The notes beneath the pieces were generated by a model. It made no database searches, had not been told where the DNA came from, and saw only the letters and a list, made by a program, of their open reading frames with translations. Source: a virus. Taken from it: a DNA stretch of 64,000 nucleotides. Shown in pieces: positions 60,031 to 64,000 of the stretch (within the stretch, counting starts at the first letter, position 1; each line of letters opens with the position of its first letter). The position numbers and the translations under genes are program-made. The stretch spans positions 64,001 to 128,000 of the IMG/VR virus record IMGVR_UViG_3300027782_003601. One strand, written 5' to 3'.

Positions 60031-62112
60031 ATGACAAATAAAAGTAAAAAAATATCGGATTTACCTTCATTAAGCCCCGCATCATTGGATACGACTTATG
60101 TAGTTGGGATATCAGGTAGTACAACTTATAAGATTTCCATAAATCAATTAACATCTTCATTAGATAGTGTATTTGCAACCGATTTAGCAGCTGCTGCATT
60201 GAGTAGTTCAAATGCAATAATGTATCAGACAGCATCAGCGGCATCAACTTGGACATTTAATCACTTTTTGGCAACTAAATATCCTATTGTAAATGTTTAT
60301 GATAACAACGATAATATTATAATTCCACAATCAATAGTAGCAAACAATAGTAGTTCTTTAACAATAACATTTTCATCACCAAGAACAGGTACTGCGGTAG
60401 CATCTAAAGGAGGATATGTAGGTTCGGCGGTAGGAAATGCCACAACCGCAAATGCATTAGCAACTGGTAGATTAATAAATAATACCCTATTTGATGGTAC
60501 ACAAAACATAACAATACCTAATTTAGTTTCGGGTTCAACCCAAATTTCATTAGCAGGTACATCTGATTATAATAGTTTATTTGCAGGGGTTGCATCATCA
60601 ACGGCATCATTAAATGTATTTACTTCATCAATAAACAGATGGAGTAGTTCTTTAGCAACAACTGGTTCTAATACATTTATAGGAAATCAAATAATAACTG
60701 GTTCTTTATTTGTTTCTGGAACTATATTACAAAATGGTGGTGGATTAGCAGTTCAAGATGGTACAATTTTATACCATAGTTCTTCTAATTGGTTTATTCC
60801 AACATCAACTGTTAGTACATCGGGTACAATTGCAACTTCAGTTGGTACTCAGTTTACATCGGCAATGATTGGTGCTAAATTAACCATACTAAGAGAAAGT
60901 AAAATAATAACCGCATTTACATCAAATACACAAGTAACGGTTGATTCTGCCTACTCACAAAACTATAGTTCAATTCCATCTGGTAGTTGGGGAGTTTGTA
61001 GTAAAGCATTTGAAATACAATCTGATAGCAGTATTTATTATTACAATAAAACTGGTGCAGTTGTTTTTGGTAAACGTTCCGATTCAAATGTATATGCTGC
61101 TAATTTATTATCAACTTCCGGTGATTCATTTTATTTATTGGTAAATTCATTTGGAATAAATAAAAACTTTACTATAAATTGGTCTGATGATACATCTGGT
61201 GTTAATACCAAAAGTATAGGTTTAAGAAGAAACAATACTGGTTCTTTAGAAATATATGATGGAAATACTGTAGATGGGGCGGTTGCAAATAGAAGAGATT
61301 TAATTGCTAGAGATATTACGGGTTCAAATGCTACATTTAGTGGTTCGTTTAATATAACTGGTTCATTAACAATGTCTGGTGATATTATACCTTCAGCAGA
61401 CAATATTAGGTCATTGGGAAAAGCAAATTTTGATTATAATACTGTATGGGCAAGAAAAGTAAGAAGTTCGGGAGGATTAACATTCCAAACAGATAATTAT
61501 AATTTATATTCTGGCACATCATTTACAGAAATATTAAGAATTAATGCGGTATCTAGTAGTTTTATTTTTCAAAATGGAGGTACATTTAATGATAATGGAT
61601 ATCGTATACAAATAAACGCATCTGGCTCTGCATCGGGTTCATTATTCGTATCCGGTTCATCTGTATTTTCTGGTTCAATTAATATTAGTAGTGGTTCAAT
61701 TACAATGCCAAATAGACCTGCATTTAGAGTGTATGGAGCAGGTGGAGCAACTTCGGCAATAACTACATTATCTGGTAGTATGACAACAATTGATTATAAT
61801 CAAGGTGGTTGGGATAATACAACGGGCACATTTACTGCACCAATTGCAGGATTATATCAAGTAAATTTAGTTTGTAGAACAAATTCAAATTCAGGTTCGG
61901 CAGCACAAATTGTAGTATTTAAAAATAATACAGGTGGTGCTAGTGGAACTGCACAAGTAATGATAGAGTGGGCTTCAAATACAAGTATGAACCACACAGG
62001 TGGTTCTACTATTTCTAAATTAGCAGTAGGAGATACATTAAAAGCAGTAGTATCGGTTGGAACAATTACATTTGATGCAAACGATAATTTTTCAGTAGCA
62101 TATATTGGATAA
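60031..62112 (+). CDS. fibre protein with C-terminal C1q-like domain
   Basis: KKISDLP N-terminus; RPAFRV...TGTFTAPIAGLYQV...LAVGDTL...FSVAYIG C1q-like pattern. Confidence 0.7.
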   Translation: MTNKSKKISDLPSLSPASLDTTYVVGISGSTTYKISINQLTSSLDSVFATDLAAAALSSSNAIMYQTASAASTWTFNHFLATKYPIVNVYDNNDNIIIPQSIVANNSSSLTITFSSPRTGTAVASKGGYVGSAVGNATTANALATGRLINNTLFDGTQNITIPNLVSGSTQISLAGTSDYNSLFAGVASSTASLNVFTSSINRWSSSLATTGSNTFIGNQIITGSLFVSGTILQNGGGLAVQDGTILYHSSSNWFIPTSTVSTSGTIATSVGTQFTSAMIGAKLTILRESKIITAFTSNTQVTVDSAYSQNYSSIPSGSWGVCSKAFEIQSDSSIYYYNKTGAVVFGKRSDSNVYAANLLSTSGDSFYLLVNSFGINKNFTINWSDDTSGVNTKSIGLRRNNTGSLEIYDGNTVDGAVANRRDLIARDITGSNATFSGSFNITGSLTMSGDIIPSADNIRSLGKANFDYNTVWARKVRSSGGLTFQTDNYNLYSGTSFTEILRINAVSSSFIFQNGGTFNDNGYRIQINASGSASGSLFVSGSSVFSGSINISSGSITMPNRPAFRVYGAGGATSAITTLSGSMTTIDYNQGGWDNTTGTFTAPIAGLYQVNLVCRTNSNSGSAAQIVVFKNNTGGASGTAQVMIEWASNTSMNHTGGSTISKLAVGDTLKAVVSVGTITFDANDNFSVAYIG

Positions 62113-62121
62113 AATAAAATA

Positions 62122-62943
62122 ATGGCAATACAAATTACAAATGGATTTAGAGTACAAAGTACGAAAGATGGTATAACTGCTTTAACCGCCGGGATTTCGG
62201 CATTTCAAATTAAAACAGATTTTCCAACTGCAACCGATGGTTTATATTGGATACAAAACCCAAACATAAATAGTGGTAGTGCAGTTCAAGTATATTGTGA
62301 TATGACTACACTTGGTGGAGGTTGGACTTTAATTATGCAGAATAATTATTATGATTGGACTTTTTCAAATTGTTTGTTAAGAAATCAAACATCAGCTCCT
62401 TCTACTTTGGCAGCAAATAATACATTAGGTAGTGCTGGTAGTAATGGTAATTATAGTATTATTGGTTGGGCGGATTATATTAAAAAATCGGCAAGTGGAT
62501 TTGATTATATGTTAGATGCGCAATATAGAGGAAGAAATGGTGGTGCATGGACGGCTAATCAGCCATATAGTTTTGTAGGACAAGTTGATAATGCAGCTTA
62601 TAATGCTTCACCTTCAACTTATTTTGGTGGTGGTGGAAGTGTAATTTCAGGTAATGCTGGATTTCGTCAAGATATAACATTAATTTCTTCTTTTTATACT
62701 GGTGCAAGCGGTGTTGGGACTTGGAGTTATAGTGATGGTGGTATAGAAAAACGAATGCCGTGGTACGCAAATAATGGAAGTAACGCTTCATTTGTAGGTC
62801 AGGCTATCTTTACTACAACACATGATGATAATGGTTCGTGGTGGGGTACATTAATGATGACTGGTACTAATTTCTCCCCTGCACCTTGGCAAAATGATAC
62901 CGGTGTAGGTAACCCCAATATTATTTGGTATTGGGTTAGATAA
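62122..62943 (+). CDS. fibrinogen-C-like domain protein
   Basis: DGLYWI...VYCDMTTLGGGWTLI and FTT..DD..WW resemble FReD motifs. Confidence 0.7.
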   Translation: MAIQITNGFRVQSTKDGITALTAGISAFQIKTDFPTATDGLYWIQNPNINSGSAVQVYCDMTTLGGGWTLIMQNNYYDWTFSNCLLRNQTSAPSTLAANNTLGSAGSNGNYSIIGWADYIKKSASGFDYMLDAQYRGRNGGAWTANQPYSFVGQVDNAAYNASPSTYFGGGGSVISGNAGFRQDITLISSFYTGASGVGTWSYSDGGIEKRMPWYANNGSNASFVGQAIFTTTHDDNGSWWGTLMMTGTNFSPAPWQNDTGVGNPNIIWYWVR

Positions 62944-62968
62944 TTGATTTTTTATATTTATACATAAT

Positions 62969-63274
62969 ATGGCAAACTTAATAAGATTAAAACAAATAGA
63001 GAGTGGTACAACGTTTACTGCATCCGTATTAAGTGTATTAAATGGTAATACTCTTAATAATATAACAATTGGAACAGCAAATTCTGATAGATATTCATTA
63101 ATAGTTAGTGGAGCAGTGGCAATTGTGGATGCAAATAATTTACCAGATGGTGGTCTAAATGATATAGATACAAATGTACCTGGGCAATTATGGTTAAATG
63201 GTCAATCATTACCATTAGACCCATCTATTAGTGGAAGTGGTGTATCAAACATTATAGACCAGGGTGAATGGTAA
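62969..63274 (+). CDS. small structural protein
   Basis: MANLIRLKQI start; upstream ATATTTATA. Confidence 0.55.
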   Translation: MANLIRLKQIESGTTFTASVLSVLNGNTLNNITIGTANSDRYSLIVSGAVAIVDANNLPDGGLNDIDTNVPGQLWLNGQSLPLDPSISGSGVSNIIDQGEW

Positions 63275-63358
63275 AAAAAATTAATAAAATCATTCATTAG
63301 TTATAAAACTTATATTTATAGATTGAACACAATTATTGATAAAAAATAATTAAAAAAT

Positions 63359-64000
63359 ATGCCACAAATAATTAAACACAGAAGAGGTAGTTTAGAATCA
63401 CTACCATCAATTACATCATCACTTCAAAGAGGTGAACTTGTAATAGCATCTGGCTCAACCAATTTAACCGCATCTAACGGTAATTCTATCACTTTTGTTG
63501 TTCCTACCGATGGTACGATTCAAGCAACTAATAGAATTATAAGAGGAGCAGTAGCACCAAACGTATTTCCTGGTTCTACTTATGGTGGAATGTTGAATGG
63601 AGTTCCGTTTTATGCAAGTTCTTCAACTCAACTTCCTACTTTATTTTTATTAAATCAAGATGGAAATGAATCTATAAATTTAGTAGGTAACATCCAACCA
63701 TATAGTAGTTCGGTTGCAGCACAAATAGCAAATTTAAGTTCATCGGTTGGTACTGGTAATGTTGGAGCATCGGTTACAAGTTTAAACGCATATACTGCAT
63801 CCGCAGAACAAAAATTTGCAGCAATTGGATTAGTAACATCCTCATTAAATGCATATACTCAAAGTAATGATACTGTAAATACTAATCAAAATAATAGATT
63901 AAGTAGATTAGAAGAATCAACTGCTTCATTAAATGCTTTTAGTGCATCTCAAAATACTAAAGATACAACACTCGCAACATATACAGGTTCAATTGATACT
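63359..64000 (+). CDS. fibre-like protein, truncated by window end (not in ORF track)
   Basis: MPQIIKHRRGSLESL...GELVIASGS, Mtd-N-like start as in 17349; frame open to the window end. Confidence 0.75.
   Translation, partial: MPQIIKHRRGSLESLPSITSSLQRGELVIASGSTNLTASNGNSITFVVPTDGTIQATNRIIRGAVAPNVFPGSTYGGMLNGVPFYASSSTQLPTLFLLNQDGNESINLVGNIQPYSSSVAAQIANLSSSVGTGNVGASVTSLNAYTASAEQKFAAIGLVTSSLNAYTQSNDTVNTNQNNRLSRLEESTASLNAFSASQNTKDTTLATYTGSIDT

Noticed and set aside
1727-62791. Numerous 60-200 aa - strand ORFs in the track
   Set aside because: All overlap well-supported + strand genes and lack recognisable motifs
1-64000. Stop-codon reassignment (alternative genetic code)
   Set aside because: Long genes are intact in code 11; TAA, TAG and TGA all end genes; the single internal stop is TAA, the commonest terminator

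Overview
AT-rich (roughly 27-30% GC by eye), almost entirely + strand segment of a large T4-like (myovirus-type) phage genome, probably infecting Bacteroidota: there is a textbook TTTG-N20-TAnnTTTG promoter and no Shine-Dalgarno motifs. Left to right it holds a gp55-like late sigma factor, baseplate and tail genes, a T7-endonuclease-I-like resolvase, primase, a fused SbcD-SbcC nuclease, tail fibres, a poly-Thr protein with a glycosyltransferase/radical-SAM cluster, a large multidomain protein, terminase, portal, prohead protease, scaffold, major capsid, neck genes and more fibres. The most striking structure is two fractured genes: a ligase-like multidomain protein and the terminase. Each is split by a trans-splicing intein with a related Vsr-like homing endonuclease gene between the halves. 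Each endonuclease gene carries, next to its own putative late promoter, a near-perfect copy of the intein-less insertion site, which suggests operator-type autoregulation. Other candidates are a phage O-glycosylation system (mucin-like protein, HPAT/SRGT1-like transferase, [ST]GS enrichment in virion proteins), head polyproteins punctuated by xxE protease sites, and a late-promoter motif (ATATTTATA) that is the reverse complement of the T4 one. All calls come from motif reading only; no database searches were run.
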